From positions 41,974,001-42,038,000 of the forward strand of contig NC_083277.1 in assembly GCF_963506605.1 (NCBI RefSeq): 64,000 nucleotides of DNA. Reading direction: 5' to 3'. Shown piece after piece: positions 12,654 through 25,794 of the stretch (its first letter is position 1; each line of letters opens with the position of its first letter). The DNA comes from Zootoca vivipara (Eukaryota). The position numbers and the translations under genes are program-made. The notes below the pieces were generated by a model, which worked only from the letters and a program-made list of their open reading frames with translations, did not search any database and was not told where the DNA came from.

Positions 12654-14089
12654 CTGTTGGGGGAGGAGTGGATGGATAGGGAAGAGGGGCTGTTAATCTG
12701 AAACTTAGAAATCGGTGTTACGCTTTGTCAGGCCACTGGTATTCTGATTAGGAGCTGCTCTCCAGATTTCAGGCAGCTATACCTGGAGATGCCAGGGGCT
12801 GAAGATGAATCTTCCGTATGCAGCGCATATCCTCTGCCACTGGCCTATGCGTATTTACTGAATCTGAGCCGCAAATGCCATTTATGACCAGGAAAGGTGG
12901 ACCAGGAAAGCAGGGTGCACACCATCCACTTGTCCTGTCTTGCATGGCATATGCCAATCCAAATTCTTCCTCCTTGTTACGGAACATGCACAAAACCACT
13001 ACTACATAAATACTGAGTGTTAACATTCTAATTACCAGAATGACTACATTAGCTTTCCGCTAGAGGGAGCAATTGGTCTCTATGTGAGCTCAAGGATAGG
13101 AAAACTCTACATAGAAGCAGGCAAATATGAATCATCAGATACTCTAAACATAAACTGCAGGAAGCTGTGTGAGTATAGAGATCTAACAAGACTACAGCAA
13201 ATCAGAAGTACTGAAATAAGCATACAGCCACCACCGGATATCTCAAAATGTCTGCAAAGTCACACAATATTTAATTCACCTTTAAGTAATATTTTGCAAG
13301 AATCTTAGCAAGTGAATTCTAGGGGGGTGGTAGACTCATTTCTGCTCCCTCTCTATATGTTTCATCCATTAATTCCTTGCTTCCTATTTAATTTTTTTTA
13401 TGCAAATGCCTTCTGTAAAACCTTTATTGTATGTACTTGAAAATAGGGATGTGCAAATCTGGTCAATTTTGCATTCTCTGTTTTTGACACATACACACAC
13501 ACACACACCCGGTCTTAAATTCAGTTTGCCGCATTTTCAGTTTGCAATGTGTTTTAAGGAAAATTCCCTATGTGCATTTTGTACCATTTATTTTGATTGG
13601 AGAAATCCATGGCAAAATTTGGAAACAGCATGCATTGTTTTGGAAAATGTGAATTGGGTAGGTTCATATTAAAACACGAAATGTCTTGCTTCTGGACTGG
13701 GAGGGCCGCCATCATGATTTGGTATGTTAATCACCACACACTTGCTGGCTGATATCTTGACACTTACAAAGCATGTGCAATTTACAACAAATGTGCCGGT
13801 TGTGTTTGCAATTTATTTAGATCTGCACACCTTCAAACGCAATGTAATGGAGCAATCACACCAGATTGGCACATGTGACTTGATCCAGAGAAATTTGCAA
13901 CCAGTTTTGCCAGTGAAGAAGGTGTAGACTTATGACTCCCAAACCACATGTGGTTCATTTGGGGGAACTGGTGAGAATGAGTTATGTTCTGCAGGATTGC
14001 TCCCACCAGAAGCCACTATCCTCTTTGTCTGCTCCACCATATCCTGATTCCTGATTCCTAACTATCTTTATCCTATCGCAGAGAGTTAC

Positions 14090-14216
14090 CTGAAAGCTGC
14101 AGAGGACAGTGTAGAGGTAGTGGAAAGCCAGGACACTGTTGTTGACAGCCAAGAGGCCAAAGAGCCAAGCAGTGCTAATAACTAGAAGCAGAACGAAGGA
14201 GCTTCGCAGCGTCATA
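14090..14216 (-). CDS. CELSR3: CELSR3 exon 28 (TM6-TM7)
   Basis: MTLRSSFVLLLVISTAWLFGLLAVNNSVLAFHYLYTVLCSFQ; 127 nt, phase 2-0. Confidence 0.96.
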
Positions 14217-14652
14217 CTGGAGAGAGAGAGAGAGATGGAGAGAAAGAGCCACCCAGAAGGACAGAGACAGAGGTTAGAATCTGTGGTTGAGCTGCAGGAC
14301 AAGAGACACTAAACCCATTTCTACACAATCCAGCCACATCCATAAAATGCTCTGGGAACAGGCTCCCAAGAGGGCAACTCTTTACTACTGAGGGCGCAGG
14401 GTGTTTCCCTAACTCACAAAACAAGTGATAGCGGCCAATACTAGCTGAGTACTGACGAAACTCACCACTCCTGCCTCAAGCAATTTCAGTTGTGGAGGAG
14501 GCAGACAATCCAGATGACATTTAGAAGGAGAGCATCTCAAGGCAGAGTGACAGAAAAGTGGAAGGACACTTATGGGGAATGGAAAAGGGATGCTCTGGCA
14601 CCATAGAGCATGTTTCTGCCTGAGCAGATCATTGTGATTAGTTAATACTCAC

Positions 14653-14732
14653 AGAACCGATTTCTTCTTGGCTTCCTTCTGGCCTGGTGAGCACAGCATC
14701 TTTGCAACCAGCAGAAACATCACCCCATTCAT
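14653..14732 (-). CDS. CELSR3: CELSR3 exon 27
   Basis: MNGVMFLLVAKMLCSPGQKEAKKKSV; 80 nt, phase 0-2. Confidence 0.94.
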
Positions 14733-15598
14733 CTGGAAGCAGACTGGCTAGTTAGGAACAGTCATGTTCAGGCACTCAAGGGGAAAGCTCTGTTGTGTTT
14801 TATATTCGTTGTCCATATCCCACCCTTCCTCACATCCATGATCCTGCTTGTCAACATTGCCCACACTGTCTTTGAGGATGTTGTATTTGGTGTGCATTGC
14901 ACAGCTGGCTTCATTGGACTCTGAAAAAGAAAAGCTTTGTCTCCCCTCTTCCGACTCCTCTTCCGATTCATGGGACAGGGCAAAAGATGAGAAGATCACC
15001 AAGGATGGGGTCACAATGCTTAAAGGCTCACAAGCCCCCCCCCCCTAGAGTCATAAAGTGTGGAAAAGTACATGAAAGTTGAGCTGGATCAGGCCAGGAG
15101 CCCATCTGGTCCAGCATGCCCAAACAGATGCCCGCAAGAAACTTGCAAGAAGGATGGGCACCAGAGCACTCTCCCCTCCTGCTGTTTCCAGCAACTGGAA
15201 TGCAGAAGCATATTGCTCCTTACTCTGGAGCAACAGCAACAGCATCTTGGCTGGTACCAGTGATAGCCTTATCCTCCATGAATCTGTCTAATCCTCTTTT
15301 AAAGCCATCCAAGTTGGTAGCCATTACTGCCTCCTGTGAGAGCCAATTTTATTCACTTGCATTATGTCACTTATTTCTAGAGACTGGACAGAAATGATAA
15401 AATGAGAATGAAGGGCCAAAATTGGGGGGAGGGGCAGGAGGGAGAGGAGAGAAAGGAAAAATAAGTGCAACACTAAACCTTAATGACAGGAAAAGGAAGC
15501 AGAGGTACAGCAGAATGGGGACCAAATATGCTGAAGAAGGAAAAGGAAAGGCTACAGCATCCTGGCAAAGAGACTGGACAAATGTGAGAAGTGCTTAC

Positions 15599-15711
15599 CA
15601 CAATGACAACAGCAATGGGCCCTGCAAAACTCCAGATCAGTTTATCATGGATGGAAATCCAGCAGAAATCTGGATTCCCAAAGCCCTCTGGATCTAAGCC
15701 AACAGATAACC
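15599..15711 (-). CDS. CELSR3: CELSR3 exon 26 (ECL2-TM5)
   Basis: LSVGLDPEGFGNPDFCWISIHDKLIWSFAGPIAVVIV; 113 nt, phase 1-0. Confidence 0.96.
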
Positions 15712-16292
15712 CTGTCCAAAAGGAAGGAAGAAGGTCAGCTGAACAATGTATTATGTTCTACATTCCTAGTCAATATACTTTCCACATCCTTGTAGGTCAA
15801 GGCAAACCTGCTTCCTCTGTTCTCCTTTGATCTACTCAGCTTCTGATGCAATCATAAGCAGGAATGCTACAAATAGAACTCTCCGGTGGTCTTGCTTTTG
15901 AAAAGGCTTTTATACTCCAGGAGTCTCACTTCTATGACAAAGTTTGAGAGCCTCTGATCTGCGAGACTTGCTGCTGACTAGCCACACAAAAGAAGACCTG
16001 AAGTCTTGGCTCCCCAAAGACATAGGCTTATGACTGACACAAGCAGTTACTCGCAGCATTTCAGCTGAACAACGGCTGTGGGAACTGAGGCGATCCACAC
16101 TGCAATGGCTGCAGCTTATGCATAACGTCTTGGTCACATGGCATTGCAGAAAAGGCAAAGTTTGAAGCTCTACTGTAGGTTTGTTCCAAACCAAGCACGT
16201 TATGCATGCCAATTGCCAGGATACATTTCTTTCTAGACGCAGACAGAGGGGGGGGGAGGAAATCCTCACTTCCTAAACACATCTGCACTTAC

Positions 16293-16467
16293 CAGTGATG
16301 ATGGCAGGGACGCCCCAGCCAATGGCGTAGTAGAACCTCATAGCTCCATAGTTGATGTTGCGGGCCTCCGTCTGCATGCGGTAGATGTGGAGGCCTTGCA
16401 CAAAAAGCCAAGCAAAAGTCGAGAGGAAGAAGTAGTGCAGCAAGATGGCAATCACCGTGCAGAAGAA
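16293..16467 (-). CDS. CELSR3: CELSR3 exon 25 (TM3-TM4)
   Basis: FFCTVIAILLHYFFLSTFAWLFVQGLHIYRM...MRFYYAIGWGVPAIIT; 175 nt, phase 0-1. Confidence 0.97.
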
Positions 16468-16797
16468 CTGAAACAAGCAAGAGCAGCACAATTCAAAGAC
16501 GTCCTCTAAAACAGCATGAGTAGTTTGCCCCTGATCTGAAACTAATATTTTGCAACATTTCCCTTAAGATCTCTATTGCTTCAGGAGCCCAAGACATTTT
16601 GTGGCCTGAGGCAAAGAGCAAGATGCCTCCTCCCACATCCCCTGTGCAGGAGCTGACAGGCTTGGCAGCTGAATCTTATTTCAGTACTGGCAATGGGACA
16701 GTCTTAGTTAGGGGGGTGCAGAGCGTGTGGCACACATAGCTCAAAGCCCCCAAACATACTGAGCCTAGGACTTGCCTCTTGCTCCTCCTCCTCTCAC

Positions 16798-17004
16798 CTG
16801 GTTTTCAGTGCGGTTGATACCCAAGAGGAAGAGCAGCTCGGAGAAGAAGAGGGTGACCGAGATGTTGCAGTGGATGCCCCGCGTGTTGGACTTGAGACCT
16901 TTCAGGCATATCAGGAAGGAGAAGGCCAGCAGCAAGAACAGAAGGGAGAGGGACACCAAGGAATAGGTCACAATGGCCAAAGTCTCCAGGTCACCTTCCA
17001 GTTG
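16798..17004 (-). CDS. CELSR3: CELSR3 exon 24 (TM1-TM2)
   Basis: QLEGDLETLAIVTYSLVSLSLL...LKSNTRGIHCNISVTLFFSELLFLLGINRTENQ; 207 nt. Confidence 0.96.
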
Positions 17005-17354
17005 CTGCAAGGAGAAACCAAAGGCAAAAGGAGAAGTCAGAGAGGAAGCACACAGTGACCTGATGGGCATGTTAACACTAAGCCATGGTTTATTAGGCAT
17101 GGTTTACTAAATGCTGACAACACCCTTGTGGCTCCATGTTGTTTCCTTGCCAGCCACTCTTGGAAATTAGACCTCCCACTCATTCCCTGATTTATACGTT
17201 GCACATGAGTAAACAAACCTGGCTGTCTCTGACACATCTAGTTCGGTCTTTAGCGATTCCAAGGCCCACTGTTTTACTTTTTATCCCTGGCCTCTCTGAT
17301 CACACCTCTCTTACTGCTTTCTAGGTCTTGCTGTGACCTTGTCATCAGAATTAC

Positions 17355-17481
17355 CTCTCGGTGGGAGCTGTCCATCAGGACCCCGAAAGTGCCAAACTGG
17401 GAGCAATGACAGCGAACGTGCGTGGCGTTTCGATAAACAAGATCACAGTCCCGTGCTGTCCAGAAGCCTGTGGGCTCAATC
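17355..17481 (-). CDS. CELSR3: CELSR3 exon 23 (GPS motif)
   Basis: IEPTGFWTARDCDLVYRNATHVRCHCSQFGTFGVLMDSSHRE; 127 nt, phase 2-0. Confidence 0.96.
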
Positions 17482-18112
17482 CTGCAGTCACAAAGAAATC
17501 CAAAAAGAGAGGCCTCAAAGGAAAGAGTCTTCAAGGTGACATTTTCTTTTAGAGGCAGGCATGAGGATACTCACTGAGGATCTATGAATTATGCTTGAAT
17601 TGTTGACCTTTTCGGGTCAGACTCAGGTCCATTGATTTTAATGCATTTTCTCATACTCATAACTAACAATAGCTATCACCCTATATCTTTAAGTTACTAT
17701 GGAGGGTGCCTGTGAATGGAATTCAGCGTGGCATTAAGGTGAACAGTCCATCAATGCAAGGATTTCTTTTTGTGCCATGGAAACTACCCCCACCTCTTCC
17801 CTGCACACGTCCCCTAAATCTGTTCTAGGGATTCCCCTCAACGTTCTGGAGCAGATTTGGGGGTGGCGCAGGATACATGCAGGGGGAGGAACATCTAACT
17901 GTGAAAGCAGAAGTTGTTCCACATGTGCAATTATTTACTTGAAGACCATTCATTGTATTTATGCTTTGAATAATTTTTATGCCCCTCATGGAATCCATTG
18001 GGCAAAGGGTGGCTTAGAAGTGTTTCAAATGAACAGAATAATGTCAAGGGCCTCAAAGTAAAAAAGGAAGCGAAGGATGGCTCCCTGGGAAAGAGGCAGC
18101 AAAGCAACTTAC

Positions 18113-18280
18113 TGGCTGGAGTGATTCCACTGGACACAGAGGGGCTTGCTGCGGTTGGCTGTCTCCAGCAGGCGGAATTCTAGCACTAGCGGGGTCGCCA
18201 AAGTGCTCTGGAGGAAAGTGTGGTTGCTGAAGACAGACACGCTCACTATGGGGGAGTTCATAACAGGGTTTTTGGGCAGC
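18113..18280 (-). CDS. CELSR3: CELSR3 exon 22 (GAIN)
   Basis: LPKNPVMNSPIVSVSVFSNHTFLQSTLATPLVLEFRLLETANRSKPLCVQWNHSS; 168 nt, phase 2-2. Confidence 0.95.
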
Positions 18281-18474
18281 CTGCAAAGAACAAAGGCAGC
18301 TTGTTACTTGATGACACCTGGCAACACCACTGGGCCCAGACTGGTCCATGCAATGGGAGAGTGGGCTATTGCTGACCAATCCTCGACCAACTGTTTATGG
18401 TCCATTCAAGTAGGAGTCGTAGGTCTTGAGATGGTAGCAAAGAGCCCAGAAGAGGAGTAAGCAACGGGTGGTAC

Positions 18475-18661
18475 CTGAGATTGCGCCGATCCACCTGGTA
18501 GCGGGCAGGAAGAAGTCCTCCTAGAGTACGGTAAATTATGAGGATCAGGATGGTTACAGCAGGCTCAGGTTCTGGCAGGGAGTGCTTGGGAGGGGAGGTT
18601 TCCACAGTGTCATTGGTTTCACTGTTTACCAGTGTCAGTGCTGCTGTGCTGGGAGCTGGAG
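18475..18661 (-). CDS. CELSR3: CELSR3 exon 21 (GAIN); acceptor position ambiguous
   Basis: ...PEPEPAVTILILIIYRTLGGLLPARYQVDRRNL; first AG after the pyrimidine tract gives 187 nt, phase 1-2. Confidence 0.88.
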
Positions 18662-19646
18662 CTGGGAAGGCAGAACAGGAAGGAACCGGTGGTATTTCTG
18701 CTGTGCACCATTTAGAGGCAGGACAGAAGAGGAGAGAGGTGCCTAGCATTGTGGTGGTATCATCTCTCAAGTTCTTATACTTTGACTGAGCTGAGCCCAT
18801 TGAGCCCAAAGGGCCAATCCTTTGAAGCAGAAGGAAATTCCTCCCCCTTCGACACAGGGGTAGGTAACCTATTTGGCCCAGCAGGCCAGATATTTATCTC
18901 CCTCTAACCCCAGGAGTGAATTCTTGACAGATGGGCGAGATCACACACCTGTCAATCATCTGACACCATAGTGATACCAAGTGATTGACTGGTGGGTGGT
19001 CCTCACCACTTGTCAAAGTCAACCAGCAGGGTGGGCATGGGGTGATAGTGACCAAGCAGCACTGAACCCCCCCCCCAACAAATCACCAGATGGGCAGAGG
19101 GTTGAATTCTGCTTTCTTCAGGCATTGACCATCAAACCCTCCCATCTGCCAATATCATCCACCCATTGAGTGGAGGTAATTTGATTACCAATGTGTGGTT
19201 TCACAAAAACGGCAACATGAGCCAAATTGGAATCCCTGGTGGGCCAAGATCAGCTCATGGGCGAAAGGTTCCCCACCCCTAGTCAAAGAGAAGAGCTGTC
19301 TTTTCGTTGCTCAGAAGGTGCTGCTTCCCACTAGGAAGTTCTCCTAGGTCTTTCTCTCATGGGAAGCAAAGGGCTTGTTCTGTTACAACTGATCACAAAC
19401 TTCTAACAATGCTTCAAGTAAATTAAGCAGCCCTTCTCCAAGGCTCCAAAAGAAGAACGGGAAGCTCTCAGAGGGGGTTCCAGCCATGAGACTTCCGTGT
19501 GCACTTTGCTCTTTCCCCACAGCACTGCCCAAAGGAACATAAATGGGTGCCCAGTGCAACCTGAATGAAGCAGGCTGGGAAGGAGGCAATCACTTCTTGG
19601 TTTCTTGGTTACCTTGGTCTGGGCCTGGTGGAGCTCAGTCACTTAC

Positions 19647-19796
19647 CTTCCACTTTGTGGGGTGTAAGGACTGAGAGGGGAAGCACGACGTGGGTGTGTG
19701 GGTCCCACATGACCTGGCCACGGAAGAGGGTGCTGTGATATCGGGGGTAACGCCTCCTGAAGTGGGTGTGGTTCTCCATGCGGTCAATGCTGAGCA
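19647..19796 (-). CDS. CELSR3: CELSR3 exon 20 (GAIN)
   Basis: LSIDRMENHTHFRRRYPRYHSTLFRGQVMWDPHTHVVLP; 150 nt, phase 1-1; acceptor tract is a (CCCT)n repeat. Confidence 0.95.
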
Positions 19797-20537
19797 CTGC
19801 ATGGAGGGGAAGAGGGAGGGAGGGAGGGAGGGAGGGAGGGAGGGAGGGAGAGAGAAGCAGATTTGAGGTCTCAGAGTTGGCCTACCTGAGTGAATGATGA
19901 GAAATGAAAAGGGCCCCTTGGCCAGAGAGAGGCTTCCAGCTTCAATGGAAAAAACATGCATAAGGATCAAGTAAGGTACAAATATATATGCTGGCTTATG
20001 TTTATTGGTGGAACATGTTTGATGCTCTCAGAGCTACTTTCCACAGCGGTTTCTAGCAAACAGAGATGTGCATGGGCAATGTAGTCATAGCCATCTGTTT
20101 GTAAGAGAAGGCGTGCACTCTGTAGCCTACTTCGAGAGGTTTCCTGCCCAACTGCAGAAAACATACTTGTATTACTTCTGCATGCATGAGACGTGAAGCA
20201 CCTACATGGAATGAAGCCAATGGCTTGCCAACACTTGCCTACAAAACTTGAAAGGAACAGTGTAAGGCAGGCCAAGAAATGCATTCACACCTGACCTCCC
20301 ACTGGTGTGGCATTCTAGCACTCCACCCGTGCTGCCTTGCCCCCACGATTGAGCCTGTGCTACTCCAGCCTCTAGCCCAGAAACCCAACGCATCCTCAGC
20401 AAGCCCATGGCTGCCTGCAAGCCAGGAGTTCACAGATGGTGGCACAGATCATACAGACCTTCAGGTTGGTCAGTGAGCTGCTTGCGGCCTTCCAGCAACG
20501 CCTGCCCTGCCCTGCCCCGAGCAGTGCTTCTACTTAC

Positions 20538-20721
20538 CAATATTGGGGGTCACCACGCCAACAGGGTTGAGGTAGGTGAGTTTCATGTTGCTGGCCAGTG
20601 TGCCCGTGTACTCCCTCAGCTGTTCCATCAGTCCTGCGCTGCTGTGGTCATTCTGCAACAATGCTTCCCAGTGCTCTTGGTTATCCAAGGCCAGCACCGA
20701 GCTGCCAGCCCGCAGCAGGTT
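20538..20721 (-). CDS. CELSR3: CELSR3 exon 19 (GAIN)
   Basis: NLLRAGSSVLALDNQEHWEALL...NMKLTYLNPVGVVTPNI; 184 nt, phase 0-1. Confidence 0.95.
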
Positions 20722-22518
20722 CTACAGAGCAGAGACCAGAGGTGAAACATCAGAGGATGTAAAAATCCTCCTCGCATAATGGGCTGCATCCAACTCAGTT
20801 CCACTTAGAGTAGACACAAAGAAATTAATGATCCTAAGCAAGTCATGTCTATTAATTTCAGCAGATCTGCTCTGAATAGGACTCGCGTGGGACACAACCC
20901 CACTGTCCTTTAGAAGGCTGCAGTTTCCAGAACTATTTGGTTTTTAAATCATTTATTTCATCATCTTCCACGATGGAGCTCAGGGGAGCATACATTGGTT
21001 CCCAGGCAATCTCCCATCCAGGCGCTGACCAGATGGGGAAAGGCTGTATCTCAGTGCGCTGAGCACATATGGTATTTTTTAATGCAGATGGTCTCAGATT
21101 TAATCCCTGGCATCTCACGTCTTAAACTGGATGGGTACATGGATCTTTTAGGTGGGAGGCTAATCACAGAAGAAAGGTAATAAGTTGCCTTTTCAAATCA
21201 GGCACTTCTTGTCTAGACACCTGCCTCAAGAATCTATTAGAGGCCACTTGTTTTGAGGCTTTGGAAACTTCAGGCAGTAGGTGCAAGAGGCTTTATATTA
21301 GAATTAGGCAAGTGTTGTATAAGGCGGATTTGGGGTAGAGGGAAGACCTGGGTAAAGATTTGGTGGATTTGGGGAGGAGGGATGGCTGGCTATTTGAAGA
21401 GCAAATGCTTCTAATCAGAGGCTTTCCCTATAAGCTTGTGAGCAGATGGGGACATCACACAGGAACCAATTAAAAGTATGTGTAGAAAGGGCAATGGGAA
21501 ATGTGGGAAAGGTTGCAAAGAAAATGAGATTATTTTCTCATGTGGCAATCTTGCAAATAAATAAAACAGTGCAAGGGAAAAGGGGTTTTGGATAAAACGA
21601 AACAGGCGAGAAGAAATAAAGGGCCTCTAGATTCACAAGTTATCCCGTTGAAATGGTTGTTTGAAAGAAACATGCTCGCAGATAAGGTGCACACAGTGAA
21701 AAGAAAGAAAAAAGAACACTTATGGGAACTTGGCACTTTGCTCCAAAACTCCTAATAGCTTCATATAGATGCTAAATAATACTGGGGACAAAATTGTGCC
21801 CTCTGGAACCTCTGTGCTGTGGGTACAAAGAGCATTCCCCAGTGTTACCCCCTGGACTTGAACATGCTGGTGGAAGAGGAACCACTGTAGTACTCAGATA
21901 CCTACCCCACAAGTTGATGCAGGAGGGCACCATGGTCAAGGGTATCAAAGGCAATAACATAATGCGATAACATTGAGGAAGCATTGTAGTATAACCAATG
22001 CAGCAGAATGGGTAAGTCCAGTGTAACTCCATCCTAATATACGCAGTTCTGTACACCTCACTTGGCTGGAGTTTCTGCACTGCAAAATTCGCACTAGTAC
22101 GAATTTCAGTTTGCGTATTGATTGGGAAAGCGCTGACTAGGTATAGTCTCCTTGAAATGCAAACTGAATCAAATTGCTCCCCCCATCCTTACCTACAGCT
22201 AAGCCATCTTTGCTCAAGACATTTGAAATATCTTAAATCATTTTTATTGTAAGCTGCCCAATCTAGAGATATAGTAAGTAAATAAAGAAGCAAGCCCTGT
22301 AGAATGAGTGCAGCAGGTAGGAAATGTCCCGTTATGTGTTGTGTTTTGGCACCATCTTCTGTGATTAGCTTTATTGAGAAAAGCATCTAAGCCCTGCAAC
22401 TCCCCCTGCCACCCACTTCCTTGAGGATCCTACTTGTCAGTAGGATGGGCAAGCAGCTTCTTTGCAGCCTAAATCCCCCTCCATCCATGTTCCCAGTAAC
22501 CAGAAAAAGTCCCCTCAC

Positions 22519-22728
22519 CTCGTTGAAGTGGGCATCCTGGGTCGCTGTCAGGCCAAAGCCATGCTGCCTGCTCTCAAACGCCATCAAGTGGGACAAAAGG
22601 CGATAGGTGATGTGAACGTCATTGCCGAAGTAGCGCTCCATCTGATCGGTCACTGCCCGCAGTTGGTGGGCCAGCTTCTTGGCTTCTATGGTGTTCAGTT
22701 CCGTCTCATTCCTTTCCAGACCTTCCAG
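22519..22728 (-). CDS. CELSR3: CELSR3 exon 18 (GAIN)
   Basis: LEGLERNETELNTIEAKKLAHQLRAVT...FESRQHGFGLTATQDAHFNE; 210 nt, phase 0-0. Confidence 0.96.
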
Positions 22729-23082
22729 CTACCAACACAGAAAACAAGGGAGGTGGATGTGTGTGGGGGACCATGCAGTGCCTCTAGGAACTGAAACATA
22801 GCTCCTGTTTTTGAAGAGGCACAAATCACACAGGGAGGAAAGGGGCTTCTTATGTTGCTGATGAAGTGGTGGGGATTAGGGACCACTGGAAACCATGAAA
22901 CAGAACTAGCTAGAGGTGAAACTGCCATTGTGTCCATGGCTAAGTTCTAGCATTTACTGTGTCAACGAGGGAATGAGAGAAGAGGAACATCTAGTTAACA
23001 GATGGTTCTGATATATAATCCCCTGGGGGGAAAGGAAGCAGAAAAAAGAGAGAGGGGGGATTTTATGGTAAAGCAATAAAAA

Positions 23083-23466
23083 AAAGGTAAAGGTAAAGGA
23101 GCCCTGGATGGTTAAGTCCAATCAAAGGTGACTATGGGGTTGTGGTGCTCATCTCACTTTCAGGCCAAGGGAGCCAGAGTTTGTCCACAGACAGCTTTCC
23201 AGGTCATGTGGCCGGCATGACTAAACCACTTCTGGCGCAATGGAACACTGTGATAGAAGCCAGAGTGTACGGAAACACCGTTTACCTTCCTGCCACAGTG
23301 GTACCTATTTATCTACTTGCACTGGTATGCTTTTGAACTGCTAGGTTGGCAGGAGCTGGGACAGAGCAATGGGAGCTCACTCCATTGCAGGGATTAGAAC
23401 CACTGACCTTCCGATTGGCAAGCCCAAGAGGCTAAGTAGCTTAGACCACAACGCCACCCACGTCCC
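23083..23466 (-). mobile_element. Sauria SINE (Squam1)
   Basis: (AAAGGT)n tail on +; body matches the copies at 45104 and 63509. Confidence 0.88.
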
Positions 23467-24378
23467 TATCTCTTAATAATATATAGCTTTTAACACTTGC
23501 CAACATTTATCCTCACATTTCTGTACTTTATCCCCATCCCCACCCAGCCACCCTGCTTTTCTCTATGAAAGAGCCATATGGATCTTAGGTAGAACTACCT
23601 ATGCTAAGCTTCTTTACCATGCCTGGTGTATATGATGTCATGTAAGCAGGATGCATAAAGGCATTTGTTTCTATAGAGATGGGAGCAGATTCCCTCTTAT
23701 TGATAGGGTGGTAGAAGCATCTATCTAAGTATTTGGCTAATAGTAGAACAATGGAGGGAGGAGCTTCACTGCAGAGAGATGGGGTGGACAGAAGCTGATC
23801 ATTCTGCTTTCCTAACGTTCAATTAGCTGCCTTTTCTAATTCCAGGCAACTCAACTGGGTGGTGATTGATCTGACTGGATGGCACACAGTTTATAGCCTA
23901 GTCAGTTTCAGCCCTAAGGGGAAGTTTTGCACTTTGAATGCCCTCGATGAGCTACTCAATTTAGTCAGACCTCAGCATCCTTTCTGCTTCAGAAGTTATT
24001 GCTGTAGAAGCCACTGCTTGCACTGTCACCTTTGCTGTGGGTCAGCAAAATCAAACCAACAGATTTGGTGCCGGCTATTTGCAGGAACGGGTTGAGAGTT
24101 ATTGCACAAAACAGGCCAGGAAAGTTTGAAAACCACTGTTTTAGCATAAACGTAGACATAACACTTGGGAGAGAAGCCATGCATTGCTGACAACATTCAT
24201 TCTGAAGCAGGCTGTATGTGTGCAGCCCATAACACACATTATCTGCTGCGCAGACATCCCAGGGCAGTCAGTGTAGGCTTTGCACAGATACTGTGTTGCT
24301 TATGCAGCTCAGAAATACCACAGCTATGAGCCAAGCAAAGCCCACACAGACAGGAGACAGACAGACAGAGAGGGTTAC

Positions 24379-24473
24379 CAATGCTGAGAGCTCCTTGAAG
24401 GCAGGTGATGTGCAGTTGAAGAGATCGGGTTCCAACCAGCCTCTTTCCTCATTGCAGTGCCGAACTGCTGCAC
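24379..24473 (-). CDS. CELSR3: CELSR3 exon 17
   Basis: AAVRHCNEERGWLEPDLFNCTSPAFKELSAL; 95 nt, phase 1-0. Confidence 0.95.
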
Positions 24474-25597
24474 CTAAGAGAAGGAAGAATGCCTAAGTTA
24501 AGAAATGAATGACTGAGGAGGACATTCCCTGCTGTTGCTGCTGCCTCCCACTAAGAGATTGTCAGGGCAACAGCATCATGCCAGGTCAGGCTCACTGAAC
24601 GAAGCACTGGCAATACCATCAACATCAACAAGAACATCAGCATCAGTGAGGGAACAGATTCAGAAGAGGCTGCACAGACCCTACATTAGCATCTATGAGC
24701 CCTTTGCTAAGGTCACCACCCTGATTTCACATTCACAAATTTGAATTTTGTGAGAGTTCTCCCCCCCCGGCAAATGCTGGGGTTAATTGTTTTCAAGCTG
24801 GGCCTGAAAGAACTCATCTGTCACAGATTCTCTGTCATGTATCTAGCACATCACATGATATTTCAGTTACCCCATGAATGGACAGATAAAAGCTTTTGAA
24901 GGAGAGGAGTAAATATTATGTTGTGCAAACCCTTATCAAGCTCAAAAACAATTTCTGATTTGGAAGACTTTCTGGACTACTGTAAGAGTCACTTGAGATG
25001 ACTCCACAAGGAAGGATCAATGCACAGCTACAGCAAATCAGAACTGATGTAGAATTAAAATTTTATTGGCGAAGCTAATAAATCTCATTATCAGCCTCTG
25101 GCTGTATGCGGTCTTTTCTGTTTTTTTTTGCCTTGTGCACTCCTGAGAATGAACCATCTCTCACTGTACGCCTGCAGAGCCGATCAAACAAGGGGAGGTA
25201 ATGTTGAATCATGATAATGATTTGTCAAGCGCTACTGGGAGGGAAAACAGCTCTCCAAACTGAGATTGCATTTTTTTTTTTGAAAAAATGAAAATGAAAA
25301 CTGGGATAGTTCTCATACAGACATCCAGTAAGTTTGACCAACTGGTTGTATGGGACTTCAGCATGACTAGGTTTCTCTGGATTGGGGCAAGATTTTATTC
25401 CCTTATCAATTATGTTTGCAGCACTGATGCTTCTTTGACAGTGACCCATTTGGTAAGGGAAGTTGGGGAGGACTCTAGAGGGTAGGAGGCATGTACAAAC
25501 ATAGGGAGAAGGAAGGAAGAGATGAGGATCTGAGTGAAGTATGAAAGATCCACACCCAGGACAAGTAGGGGTGGGGATCCCTCACCAAACATCTTTT

Positions 25598-25794
25598 GGG
25601 AAAAGGCAACAGCTCAGTGGCAGGACATCTGCTTTGCATGCAGAGGATTTCAAGTTCAATTCTCAGCATCGCGAGGTAGAGCCGAGAGATTCCCCTGTCT
25701 GAAATCCTGGGGAGCCGCTGCCTGTCATTGCAGACAATACTGAGCTAGATAGGCCAAAGGTCAGACTCAGAGCAAGGCAGTTTTCTATGTTCCT
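25598..25794 (+). mobile_element. tRNA-derived squamate SINE
   Basis: AGCTCAGTGG A-box, GTTCAATTC B-box, ...ctatgttcct tail. Confidence 0.75.
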
